NCBI GenBank assembly: GCA_000320545.1
Contig: ADNK01003366.1
Span: forward strand, 1 to 64,000
Length of the DNA: 64,000 bases
Direction: 5' to 3'
DNA from: Bigelowiella natans CCMP2755
Taxonomy: Eukaryota > Protista > Cercozoa
A program made the position numbers and the translations under genes. The notes beneath the pieces were generated by a model. That model saw nothing but the letters and a program-made list of their open reading frames with translations, made no database searches and had not been told where the DNA came from. The stretch's first letter is position 1. Each line of letters begins with the position of its first letter. This document shows, in pieces, positions 27,060 to 40,367 of the stretch.

Positions 27060-28064
27060 GTTCAAATGATTCGCATGCATGCGATCACCTCCAGCAGCAC
27101 TGAAGCAAAGCGTGGTCGCACTTGATGATCTAGTGGACTGTGATGGCAGCCTGCTGCTGAAATCTGGAAAATGTTGTCGAGCATACATGGACATTGAATC
27201 CGAAAAGAGAACGCTTGCGAAAATGTCAATGCTTCCTCCTGCAAAAAGTCAATCTCGATGAGGCGTTGGACACCCCAGAAATGCGCTAGGAACACACCTG
27301 GTGCAAGAATGCACGCAAACCTGTTCCATTAATTTGGCATTTGAGCACCGCCTTCGGTCGCTTGAAGCACATTGCTGCCTTTGCCTCCGTTGCTTGCTGT
27401 TGATTCTCGCATCCTTCTTGCTGCATGTTTCTGAGTGGTAGCTAGGGAAGTTGCCGATGGTTGAGCAACAGGTAAAACCAAGCACAGCGCAACCTGTGTC
27501 TCTTGCAAGCCCTAAACCTAGTGCCTTGGGGCCGAACCGGGTGAAGACCAGTGGAATGCTGACTGTAGTGATCGATATCTGATCAGCAGGAGCGACAGAA
27601 CAAAAGCCAGCCGGAGAACCGGGAAGAACTGGGATGAAGAAGCACTCAACGTGATCATTAAATACGACGTCAGTGAGGGTAGCACAAGAAAATCTTCGCC
27701 CTCAACAGCCAAAACTCGATCTGCTATTTGTTTTTGAATGCATGGTCGATTAAATTTGGACCACGCAACAGTGTCTGGAGATGTGTAGAATGGCTCAAGA
27801 GCGAGGAACTGTTCACACAGATTCTGGATGGTGGGGATGACTGCACACCCTGGATTGTACCTCGCCATAGAAATTGCAGCTGTCAACCTCAAAGCCTTTG
27901 AACTGTACACACTTTTTGAATCGGAAAAACTCTTGGTCAGCGTCTTCATCCGTAGAAATTAAGGCTGTGATGTTACTGATGGGCTCTTGGTTGTTGGCCC
28001 ATGATGCCAGGGCAGGGGTTGCAATGGTTGCTAGTAACACCAAAACGACGATGTGGTTGTACAT
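27060..28064 (-). pseudogene. Frameshifted, apparently intronless ORF remnant of a secreted or membrane protein of unknown family
   Basis: Signal-peptide-like MYNHIVVLVLLATIATPALASWA. Overlapping ORFs 27813-28148, 27518-27949, 27249-27485 and 27062-27295 continue in shifted frames without clear splice sites. The 3' part is TpA-depleted. Confidence 0.4.
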
Positions 28065-28283
28065 GTAGACTTCTGAGCTCAGAGATGGCAGAAACGCAGA
28101 AACAGGGTTAGCGAATTCGGTGTTTCGACAACAACAAATTTGGAACAAATTCTCGGATTCACAGACTCTTTGTGCTGCTGGAGAAGTTTTTGCTCCTACG
28201 TGACATCAAGCAAAAGCCATCAAAATTGCTAGACAAGAGCGCAAGATCGCACAGAGCACGTGTTCATTCCACATTTTCGAAAC

Positions 28284-31200
28284 ATGGCGACCATGCGGCT
28301 AATGCGTGCGGTTGTGGCTGCCTTCATCATTTCGACAGATCAGACGACCTACGCGCAATCGCAATGCAACATAAATCTTGGAGGAATTTTCCAAATGCGA
28401 AGATCTCCAGCAGGGATGCAGAGAGAAGCGGTATCACTTCAGGAACAGTGCGAACAAAATTTGAGCCTCGATTGAGTTAGTACAACACCCAGTGCTAACA
28501 CGTAATTTGATCACAGGCATCTCGAGCAGCGTTCTGCGACTTTTTTGCTGAGAGACAAATCCTGTACAAATTGCTCATCCAACCTCTGAATTTCTAGGCA
28601 TTATTTCGTTGCGTGCAGCATGATTAAGTCCATCTATCCATAAGGTGCACCCCAGGATTTGCCGAGTTCAACCTTGATGTTCCCAATCAAGATTCAATTT
28701 ACAATCTTTCTGCCAAGGATTCTACCAACAACTACACCGTATCATATTTATTGTAAGTGCAGATTTGTATTTGAAGTTATGTCAGCAAAATTCATCCTCC
28801 TTTCCCCCACAAGGGAATCCGAATCATCTGCTCGTGGAAACACAGGTCCAAGATCGAAATCTTATGTATTTATTCCATCAAATATAATATATGCCAGATC
28901 TCACTGAATCTCTGAGGGCAACGATAAGAATGATACTCGATTTCTTGGTAAGTAAGTCATATAAGTATCCAAGTGTAATCAGCATTTTTCATGCTTGTTC
29001 GACTAGGTGGTTGCATTCATCGGACCCAATTCCTCTTCTGCATCGGCTTCAGTTTCCCCTTTAGCAGAAGTATATTTTACAATGAAAATACATTCTAGAG
29101 TTGAATATATATTTTTATCCAGATCTTCGATGTTCCCCACATCTCATATGCTTCGACCTCCACAGAGCTCTCAAATTCCGAGCAGTTTCCCTATTTCTTC
29201 AGAACAGTATGATATTTCACATGATAAATTTGTGTTATTGAAGACCAACTGTCCTTCATCAACATTCTTCCTAAAAGTCAAATGTACTCGTATCGTTTAT
29301 AGGTACCTCAGGACGATGGTCAAGCGGATGCAATAATTCAATTTGCACAGGCTGCGAATTGGCAATCAATTGCTATCTTTAATACGCTAGATTCATACGG
29401 TTTTTAATTATACGTACTCATGAACGTTAAATTTGAGAATGAATTCGAAAAACTACGCTCTTAACATGACTTAGGATCAGCAGGAGCCCAGGAACTGCAA
29501 ATTGCCGCAAATCGCACAGGTTTTAGAATAGAACTCTTATTGGTTATTCAATGATTGAGATTCTACTCGCGTAGGGATCACAATTAACACACAACAAGAG
29601 ATTTTTTCTGGAGAAACTAGCCAGGACATTATCACATCTCGTTTGATACGGGTACACTTCCACCTCAATATCTTGGAACATTCTCAAGAATAGTTTGTTA
29701 TCCATAACTCAAGTATCATCTTAACTTAGATCCGCGATAGCCTTAGCAGAATTATAGTAATCTTTATGCTGGAAGAGGACGCAGCTAGAGTTTTAGATGC
29801 AGCCCAAAGGCTAGGAATAATCGGTGCTTGCTTCCTAAATAGAGCTAGTGATACTTGACTCAGTTTTCCCTAACAAAAGGCAACGGTTTTGTATACATAA
29901 CGACGGATGGATTTACAAATTCTAACATTGCAAATTTTGGCCTCGGTGCAGATGTTGGTTTGGGGCTTATCGGGTATCATGATTTTACTCATGTAGTTTT
30001 ATCTGCGATTGAGAGATAGAATAATTGCGGCCTCTGTTAGATTTGAGCCGAGGTCTACCTATACAAACCCCGAATTTATCCAGTGGCTTGCAGATTGGTC
30101 TCAAATTTATAATGTACCAGGTGTGTTTATAGTGTATATCTGGCATGCCCAACCTCATTGAGATTGATATTTTGCAGGAGGAATTATTACAAATTTTCGT
30201 AATCATTCTTTGTCCGGATTCTATGAATTCCTTCCGCCAGGCACAGAGCCGATAAACTACAATGGTAATTTGGCAGGGAAAACTCATGTTGAACACAAAT
30301 GTTTCTTGCTAACTCCGAGCCCTAAAATACATCTGTAAAATTCAGCATTTGGTTCCCAGTTTGACCAGCTTACTCCCTTTGCATACGATGCAATGACAGT
30401 ACTTCTAACTGCAGTAGAGTCTCTCAGTCTTCAGGGTATCTCTGAGAAAAATGTAAATATTCATCTAAAAGATAAATATCATTCGTCAGGAATTACTCCT
30501 TGCAACAATTCTCTGGAAACCTATCGTCTTCAGCTTCGAAATACGTACCCAGATACTCCCTATTCTATGCCCCATAGAACGATAACTGCCTCTATGTTTA
30601 TCCAGCTTAAGAAGTACGGTCGTGAATGGAACCACAGGTCTTGTTAGATTTGATGCAAACCAGGTTACGAATGGAGAGACCAACAAAGTACATATATTAA
30701 AAATATGTTAAATTTTACAGGACAGGGACGCAGCAGAATATGAAGTTCTTTATCATAATGGTGGAATACTCATACTGCTGCCAACAAGTCATGATTACCC
30801 CTAGCATTGAATTGTTCTTACGTATTAGGAATTGATTGGAATTTGTTTGCAATTCACTCGGGCGAGAGTGTGCAGTTTGTTTCCCCCAGTAATGCAGCGA
30901 ATTCTCCGGTGTGGTCCACAGGGCTTGCTGGTATGAAAACAACTTACCATTGGTTAGCACATGCTCTGAAACATTAGCTTTCCACAGGAATTGCTAATGC
31001 ACCCCCTGCGATAGTACCAATTACACCGGATATATACGAGTACAAAGCTTACAGGGCTACATGGCCTACTTTAGGTATCCAAGTTAAGACGCTGTGAACA
31101 CTAGTTGATATCAGTGTTTGACATCATTAGCCGCCGTTGGATTTGTGTTTGTGTTCACCATCATTGCATTGACGTTCCGTAAAAGAGACGATAAAGTAAT

Positions 31201-33097
31201 AAAAAAGGGGAATCACCTTATGCTACAGGTGGACTTAAAAAATTTTAATAAAAAGGTGTAGGCTTGATTGGATACCAATCATGTTAGGTAATGAATGTGG
31301 GACATCTAATGTTACTATCAGTCATATTCTCTCTTTTTAATCGTCCAACAGACAGGTACTACAATAAAATAAATGTTATATTTCATCTTTCACAAAGCCT
31401 TGCAACTAAAGTTCGTGTCAAGCTGCAATCGTGTTCGGACATCTGGGCTTCTTTCTTAGCATGGGATCTCTTCTTGTGAAGAACTATGTACGGAATAATT
31501 GATTTGAAACAGAAAAAAAGGATGCCATAGCCTAGGAGTAAGTATTTTTTATTTATGTATGTGACGTTCAGGCGGTTGCTAAATTCTTCTATAACCCTGA
31601 CAACTTGAACAAAGTCGACATGACGGATAGGGTGAATAAAGGAAAAAGTTCTCATACAATCGTGAGGTTTAAGATTTTAAGCAATTTACCTTGATAGGAG
31701 CTTTTTCTCTATATGATGGTGGGGGTTGGATTTGCCTCAATATATCTACTCCTATGGGGAACGATCGGTATCCTCTGAGGTTCATAAATATCTTGAAATG
31801 ATTATCAATACTTCTTTACCTTTTCTAATAGATCCCATAAGAAGTTCAACTAATCCCGACCCAGCAGATGATATGGTGACGAGGGAAAATAAAAATGTGT
31901 TTAAAATAAATTTGTAATTTTAAGCTAAAATATATGCAAAATCGAAATTAAGTCGAAGTTAAGGAAAACGAAGAGTCGTTGTTGTCTCATTAGGTGTTGT
32001 TTGAAACGTGTAGTAGCTCCCTTGGATGGTAAATTCTGTCTTGATTCGATGAACATGTTAACAAAAACCAAGTGTAAATTTTACCAATCTTAAACACTTT
32101 TAGGTATCTAGGAATTGTGGTCATCGAACTGTTGGTGCTAGAATTTTCACTATATCCAATGTTAAAATTAATTTCATCATTATAATTAGGTGTTAGTTTC
32201 TAGTGTGATCCTAGCTTGGTTTGTACGGAAGGTGATACATTTTGTTTGTTTCGTATCCATATACCCCTTTTCTCTGTCTTCATCATCAATTTACTTTTGT
32301 ATGATTTAACGGCGATTGATTGTCCACTCTTAATTACTTAAGGCTCCAAGCGATTACAATGAATCGAAGGCCATTGGGGCTACAATGTTGCGATGATGAA
32401 ATAAAATGAGAAAATAGAAGCATGAGGTAAATATTAACATAAATATAATATTGTTCATCAGGTACGCAACTACTTTCGTAGTAATCGTCATTTTGACTGC
32501 ATTTCTAGCTGTAAGGTATAATTGTTATGCCTAATGATTCAAAGGTGAAATTTTCAAAAAAATTAAATACTGTTCCAGATCGACTCCAGATATCGCGTAC
32601 GCTTTGCTCAGTATCGGTATCAATCATGTTGTCAGCGTGAAAATCTCTTAAATTTTGTTGTCTTTAACAGGTATACTGATAAGTGTAGCGTCGATGCAGG
32701 GTTTCATAAATGGACCAAAATTCTCCGGCGTTGAGAATGTTCTTGATTTTGGAGACGTGGAAGAAGAAAAGAAAAGTTATATGCATTTAGAGGTCTGCCA
32801 AAATTAGATTAGACTCATCTTCTCTTCTGAGATCGATTCGTTAACAGCGAAGGCGACTGGTAAGCAAATTAGTTCGAGACAATACATCGGCTGAACTGGC
32901 AATTCTAATTTATGAGAACAAAAGGCGTATCCAAGAGCTAGAGGTCATATGTGCAGTATGAAGAACGAATGGGAGTTGTGAATTACACTTACATCCTATT
33001 TCAGGTTGAAAAACGAGAGCTATCGAGACGGCAAAATGCTGCTGAATTCCCATCAAAATCCCATAAAAGTGAAGCTTTCTTGCTCCCACAAGACTGA
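28284..33097 (+). CDS. Class C GPCR (GABA-B/metabotropic-like): ANF-receptor Venus flytrap domain plus 7TM_3
   Basis: Leader then NLGGIF; VAFIGPNSSSAS; VPHISYASTSTELSNSEQFPYFFRT; PQDDGQADAI; PFAYDAM; GLVRFD; CQAAIVFGHLGFFLSMGSLLVKNY; PSDYNESKAIG; coiled-coil tail. Many short AT-rich introns. Confidence 0.88.
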
Positions 33098-34014
33098 CCG
33101 AAACACATGGACCTCGTAAGATGAGCTGGTATACAAACTCAAAAGCATCAGACATGCGATGAAGTAACTTCTGACTTGTCATGTAAAAAATAAGCTACAT
33201 CAAGACTAATAATAGCAAGACTGTGCCGCATCGCATGTCATTCAAACTTGCTCCTCCACTCTGACGCTAGCTTTGCATGCAATTGAACACGTTGATGCGC
33301 TTGCGATACAAAAATTCAACAATTCAACGGCGAAATGTTGCTGCGCCTGAGTGAGTCCATTCTGGCTTTGCTAGATTGCTAGATTGATGCAATGTGGAGT
33401 GCTCGGCCTGTCTAAAGTGTGGTGCATGAAAATGTAAATAGCTTGTCTGTTTGTTTGTGAGGAAAGTCAATCGCTAAGACTAATAAGAAAAGGACAATGA
33501 TGATGGACGGCCAGCACTTCTAGACTTCATGTGATGTAGGCGTGCAGGCCATCTACCGAGACTACTGACTCTAGGACTAGCTGAATTCATTTGTAGATTT
33601 GCGTTGCTGCGCATTTTTGTTGTGCATTCGGGCATCAGTAGGTCTAGAGGTCTAGAGCTAGAGAGGTGCCCTCTACCCTACGACTACTTGCCTGTGTTCA
33701 TGAGGCTACGATGCAATTGCCATGCTAGCATGCGGCAAGCCAGCCTCACATATCTCGTGGCATGGGCGACGAAATAGCTAAACTATATTTTTTATTCACT
33801 AATAAACAAAATGCAACTTGCGGAGACATGATGCTATTATCATCGATCGCCATGCATACTTACTTGCCTTACATTGAGTACGAATGATTGCATTTCATTG
33901 AACACTAGTATGTCAAGCCTCTGAAATGTACTATACGTATAAGAATACACATGCGTGCATAATGTATATATTTATAGATCATCCGCATGATATTTCTAGT
34001 CTCCACTATATCAA

Positions 34015-35190
34015 TCAGCTTAAACTGGCCTCGATTTGAAGGAGGCGATTATACTTGTCCACATTCTGGGATCCGAGGAGACCTCCAAATTTGGCAAACC
34101 GCGCCCCGACTCCCACTGCAAAATCGGCTACGAACGTATCGTTAGTGTCCTCTCCCCCGCTCACAGTGACGTCCAACTTCGATTCCATCATATCAACTAC
34201 TAGGTTCGTGGCTTCTGTGAGCGTTACAGAGTTCTCCACCTTCAAAGAAACATTGGCAGCAACCTTGCTAAGCGTCTTGATTTGCTCCTTCCCAGCACTT
34301 TCCGAGATCAAAGTGTAGGTATTTGCCTGATTGATGGTGATGATGATAATGATGATAATGATGATGAAAAAGGGTGGGAGGCATCATGATGATTGCTAGA
34401 CTGGTTAATGTAAACAATGATACGTGAAACAATTCCATGTCGCTTTTGACCCCCAGCAGCAGCAGCAGCAGCAGCAGCCAATATATACAACGACAAGCAT
34501 CATGTCAGTACTGCTACTACTACTGCTACTACTACTACTATGTCCATCATCATCATCATCATCATTAGTACTGCAACTACCAGTAGAAGCAGTAGAAGTG
34601 GTAGTGGTGGTAGTAATAGTAGTAGTACCTTAAGATCCTCATCTTCCGAAAGAGTAGCTGTCAGTTTGCTCCATCCTTCCCCAGCTGCATGATCCACTGC
34701 CGGGTTCAGTGGGTTGATCAACGTCTTGAGGCCAGGGTTGTCCTTGGCTAAACCAACGTAAAACTGAATAGCTTCATCAAGTCCTTTTGCCTTGTCCTTC
34801 TGTTTCATCACGTACCCAGTTCCCTCCCATGTCCCTCCATTTACTGCAAGACCGACTTCATTCCAAGAGTCAAGGCCTGCAGCAGTTGCTGCCTCTGATA
34901 CCAGTTTGAGGGCTTCTGACAGATCAGCAAGTGGGGGAGAATAACCGCCAGATGGACATCCCGCCTAGTAGTTAGTAGTAGTCAGTCGGTCAACGAGTGA
35001 GAACATGAATCAATATCAATCAACATCAATGGATCAAGACGACAGATAATCATCATCATGATGATGATGATGATGATGATGGTAATAATTGCTATATTAT
35101 TACTATCATTAGCATTATCGTCGTTTGCGACAAACACATACAAAGAAAAGAGCTGTTGATATATTCTAATGTTCGCCCTCTCTAAGTAAT

Positions 35191-35229
<39 letters not shown>

Positions 35230-36260
35230 ATTATTTACTCGGAAGGCTTCGCCAAACTTTGCCGCGATTATGTTCCCCAGTTCATTATGCAGACGTGCAC
35301 ACAATTTGAGTTGTGCCTGGAAGCTCTTGCCACTGGTAGGATAAACTAGCACCTCTGCGAACTCCAAATTGCACCCATACGCTCCTCCCCTTATAAGCTG
35401 TACCATTGGCTTCGGCATCTTGAAGGAAGTCTCTTTGCCGTCGTCCTGTGTGTGTGTGTGTGTGTGTGTGTGCGTGCGTATACAGTGTGTTGAAGAAATG
35501 GGCCAAAATATTGATTTATTCCAGCTTCATAAAAATCATTAAGGCCTATGATGATTGATGATTGCAAAAAAACATCGTTTCACAGAGTTGATAAACAATA
35601 CAATCATCAAAAAAACATCGTTTCACAGAGTTGATGAACAATATCGTGTAGGCCATAGGAGGGCCGAATATCCACACGCTAACTATTATTCACTACCTTG
35701 ATGAGACTGCGGATATGTGTAAAGCATTCAACGTCTTTAAGCGAGGCAGCAGCCTTGCAGATAGCGATAGATGTCGCAGTAATGGGTTGTTGTCCGATTT
35801 TGGCCTTATTCTTCTCTAGGACTGCGTCGCATTGATCTTGTAGCTTGGGCTTCATCCCACTCACAACAGAATGAATTACCTCGCTAATGTTCGTAACTGC
35901 CTTTTGAACCTTCTCATTTCCGTCCTTTTTCTCTTCCTCTTTTCCCGAGGAAGAGGAGGAGGAGGAGGAGGAGGCTGCGGCACACCCGCTTGCCACGAAC
36001 CTTACCATGTCGTCCACCTTGCAGTAAACGTCTACCTGGACTGTGGGAAGGCCTGTACTCGAAAATATTTCCCTTCCGTCAACTTTAGTGATGACTGGGG
36101 GAGCGGCAAGGGTGTGCAGCTTTGAGGAGAGGAAGCCGAAAGGGTCATCAGATCGACGCTTGCATAGTTTATTAACAATCATGTTCAGCTGCTCGGCCAA
36201 ATTATGCTTCTTCAGGTAAGCCATTATTTCTCGCGCTTCGGGTGTCATGGCTGCACTCAT
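34015..36260 (-). CDS. ENO4: Enolase-4-like protein (N-terminal RIIa/Dpy-30-like docking motif plus degenerate enolase)
   Basis: AYLKKHNLAEQLNMIVNKL..DDPFGFL, then VDGREIFSSTGLPTVQVDV, TSIAICKAAA, MPKPMVQLIRGG, DTFVADFAVGVG and KYNRLLQIE. Confidence 0.8.
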
Positions 36261-36700
36261 CGTTTCCTTGCGTTCCTGCTCTCTCGAAGAAACGCGACTG
36301 GACTAACGAGGGAAGGAAGGGGGCGTTCTTGGTCGAGATACTCTTTCTAAGATTTAGGAAGGCAGTTCGATCATCAATGTTTTATCGTAAACAGATCCTT
36401 ATTGTATATAGACGACAATGATTTATTTGCTTAAAATGTTCAAACTGGCGGTACTCCTTCCAAAAATCAGGAAAGCAATGTGTTAAGGTGCGATTGTAGG
36501 CGTTTCTCCTTTTCTTTTGAAATCACTAGAAAAGGGTTTAGTTCAAAATTCAAGCCAAATTTTACGTAAAATTTTATTTATTTTACATTCGCATCGAATT
36601 ACTCTTCTATTCATATCTTCCAATCGAAATTGCGGTTGATATTTCTGAGAAAACTGGTGCAGGCGATCAGGTTCTTCAGAGTCGTTGTTGTTGTTGTTGT

Positions 36701-36733
<33 letters not shown>

Positions 36734-37112
36734 GTTGTCGTTGTTGCTGCTGCTGTCCTCGTAGTCTGTCTGTCGTGTTGTCCGCAGAAAGAAGAGAGAC
36801 AGACCCTCCCGCCAATTTTCATCGGATCATACATAATCCTGCTGCAAGGGGGCTGCTATCATCATTCATTACTACGACGTAGAAGACACCACGGTTCTTG
36901 CACACATCTGGACTTACTGAGCGCAACAAAGGTTAGTTAGTAGCAAAGCTGTGAAGAAGAAGAAGAAGAAGAAGAAGAAGAAGAAGAGAGCAGCCTGAAT
37001 TCACTACTTGATCAAAGCAGCTTATGCTGCTGCTTACTGCGTTGAGTGTGAACACAGATGATGCTGCAACATGATTCTTATTCTTGTTCACTGATCATTA
37101 CGTTGATTATTT

Positions 37113-37651
37113 ATGATGCACAAACCTTCCTCCTCCTCCTCCTTCTTTTTGCTGCTGTCCTCCGTTATTATCGATCGACCTCTCTCTCTCATTAGTAGAT
37201 TGAGGAGTATGGAGAACCTCCCTCTCCTGCGTACGGATCCTCCTCCCTCTTCGTCGCTACCAGCACGCCATCGCCGCAGGCTCTCAGCATTTGTTGTTGT
37301 TTCATTGCTTCTAGCTATGACAATTTTTCGCAGCATCTCTGGTGGTTTCTGCTGGGTTAATGATTACGATGATGCTGCGCCATATGTGACATCGTTGTCA
37401 TTATCATCATCAGCATCATCATCGTCATCGTATGATGCTTCAAGATGGAGGAGGAGAGCAGAGGGAATGACCATATTTCCTTCGAGATCATCCATCATGG
37501 GTGATGATGATGATGATGATGATGTGCTGCAGCAGCATCAGAAGTCATTCACCCTGTCTTACAAGTTCCTTCAGTCTCTTAGAGGGGGGGCTAACACAAA
37601 TGCAAGCGAAAATGCAAGGGATCCTTCCTTAAGGTCGTGTTAGTTTGTAAA

Positions 37652-37683
<32 letters not shown>

Positions 37684-37955
37684 GCGTGTGCGTGTGTGTG
37701 TGTGTCCTGCACATGCAACAGGGTGACGATCAAGTGTGTGTGTGTGTGTGTGTGTGCGTGTGCGTGTGTGTGTGTGTCCTCCTGCACATGCAACAGGGTG
37801 ACGATCAAGTGTTGATAGTGACGTTGTGTTAGTTTGTAAAGTGTGTGTGTGTGTGTGTGTGTGCGTGTGTGTGTGTGTGCGTGTGTGTGTGTGTCCTCCT
37901 GCACATGCAACAGGGTGACGATCAAGTGTTGATAGTGACGTTGTGTTAGTTTGTA

Positions 37956-37993
<38 letters not shown>

Positions 37994-38338
37994 GCGTGTG
38001 CGTGTGTGTCCTGCACATGCAACAGGGTGACGATCAAGTGTTGATAGTGACGTTGCATAATTTGCAAGATTCACGATATCATCATCATCATCATCATCGT
38101 CATCATCATCATTATCTCTCCTTATGCTAGTAAATCGGTGATAACGACGAAGAGAAGTGCAAATAGCGCCGTCGTCGTCGATGGTGACAACGATTCTTCC
38201 ACACAAGCTGCCTCACCGCCGGCAAAGAAAATCAGACAGAATGAAGATCCTGATGGTCCATCTGCTCCTCCTACCAATGAGACGATGACGACGATGACGA
38301 CAGACAAGAAACAGTCAGGAGGCCTCTTCTCATGGTAA

Positions 38339-38369
<31 letters not shown>

Positions 38370-38470
38370 ATGATGATGATGATGATGATGATGTGGTAGT
38401 AAGTAATGTGTTTTCTTCGTTCGCATAGAGGTCGTCTGTCTGTCTGTCTGTCTATCTCCTGCTCACCTGA

Positions 38471-38506
<36 letters not shown>

Positions 38507-38625
38507 CTGCTGCTGCTGCTGCTGCTGCTTTTCTCTTTCCAACATAACATGTTTCTATCTCCTTCAGGACCACGGCGAACATCTCAACGTTTTCCTGGTT
38601 GTTATTATCGATCGATCGATCGATC

Positions 38626-38657
<32 letters not shown>

Positions 38658-38731
38658 ATATAACGATGATACGCATATTGCAACACACGCCAACAATAAA
38701 TACGATGCAACAACACGTACTACATAGAAAA

Positions 38732-38767
<36 letters not shown>

Positions 38768-39140
38768 ATATAACGATGATACGCATATTGCCAACACACG
38801 CCAACAATAAATACGATGCAAACAACACGTACTACATAGAAAAGATCAACTGAATAGTTGTACACACATACACACACACACAATTTGTTTGATTCCGACG
38901 TCATCACCAGGATAACTTCGAACAAGACCAAATCAGGTAGTAGCTGATCAACTCAACAACACACACTCACACTCACACTCACACCTTTTATAATCAAATA
39001 ACAGTCTTTGACACTCCTTCCACTGTGATTGGGCCGTTGTTTGGATCATCATCATCATCATCATCCCATTCTGCTGGATCAAAGAAAAATGGTTCTTCCC
39101 TTACGGAAGCAAGAGGAGGGGGGGGCGATGATAAGAGAAA

Positions 39141-39171
<31 letters not shown>

Positions 39172-39773
39172 CCGACAATAAGAAAGAATAGATTATAGAA
39201 ACGAAGGAGGAGAGAAGGAGGATGAGGCAAGAAGGGCGCAGCAAACAAATCGTAACTTCATCATCCATCTTCTTCTTCTTTTTGTTCTTTTTCTTCTTCG
39301 TCGTTGTCATCGATCGATCGTCGTCATCAAAATAGGAATCAGAAGATGAAGTGGTGGAAGTGATTGAGAAGTATGAAGAGGGACAAGCGGAAAAAGGGGG
39401 GGGGGCTCTTGTTGCGGATAGTAAGAATGACACGGTGATAGATAATAAAGAGGAAGTAGTAGTAGTAGGTTATATGAATAAAGTAGTAGTAGTAGTAGTA
39501 GTAGTAGTTCACTGTTGTCAAGATAAGACAAGATATTATCCAAGGAAGGAGGAAGGAGTACCATCTTACTTGTAGTTGTCATCATTATCCTTATCTCTAT
39601 CATCATCATCATCATCATCATCACCATCTTGTTTTTCAATTCTAGGGTGGTGCTGCTGTAGCGGCTAACAATTCGTCAATTGAGTCATCATCATCTTCTT
39701 CGAGCAAAGGTTATGAGAGAGCGACCGAGTGTCACTCATCCCCACTATTACTACTACTAGACTACTACTAGTT

Positions 39774-39805
<32 letters not shown>

Positions 39806-39880
39806 CTAGCAGTAAAAGCAGTAGTACTACTTGTAGTAATGTTTATACATATTTCTCTCAATAACTATCGACTACAGATG

Positions 39881-39917
<37 letters not shown>

Positions 39918-40033
39918 GTGTGTGTGTGTGTGTGTGTATGTGTGTAGACGCGCAACCTGAGCAGCAGTTAAATGAAACAATCGTCTGGGAAGCCAATGGA
40001 GAACTTTTCCGCTTAAATCAGGTAATAGTGTTA

Positions 40034-40066
<33 letters not shown>

Positions 40067-40221
40067 ATGATGATGGTGATGATGATGATTCTTGACCTGC
40101 AGCGCTATTCTCGCAACTAACAATATATTCAAGCACCACCTAATAAAATGGTCTGTAATCATGCCGGTTATGATCATCCTACAGCGACACAATAATTGAA
40201 TAAGATCGTTGTCAGAATAAG

Positions 40222-40257
<36 letters not shown>

Positions 40258-40332
40258 GCCGGAGCAGACAAAGTGGCTGAAAAGAGGCAGAGGACCATTT
40301 AGTATCCATCAAGGTGATGGTGATGATAATGG

Positions 40333-40367
<35 letters not shown>

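Noticed and set aside
27509-27521. Telomere-like CCCTAAA
   Set aside because: It is a single unit with no array.
26700-33780. Terminal inverted repeats bounding the GPCR block
   Set aside because: Only a ~9-nt inverted match (cacgcctac/gtaggcgtg) was seen, which is not significant.
37639-38055. CRISPR-like repeat-spacer appearance
   Set aside because: The spacers are simple (TG)n tracts, the locus is a eukaryotic intron, and there are no cas genes.
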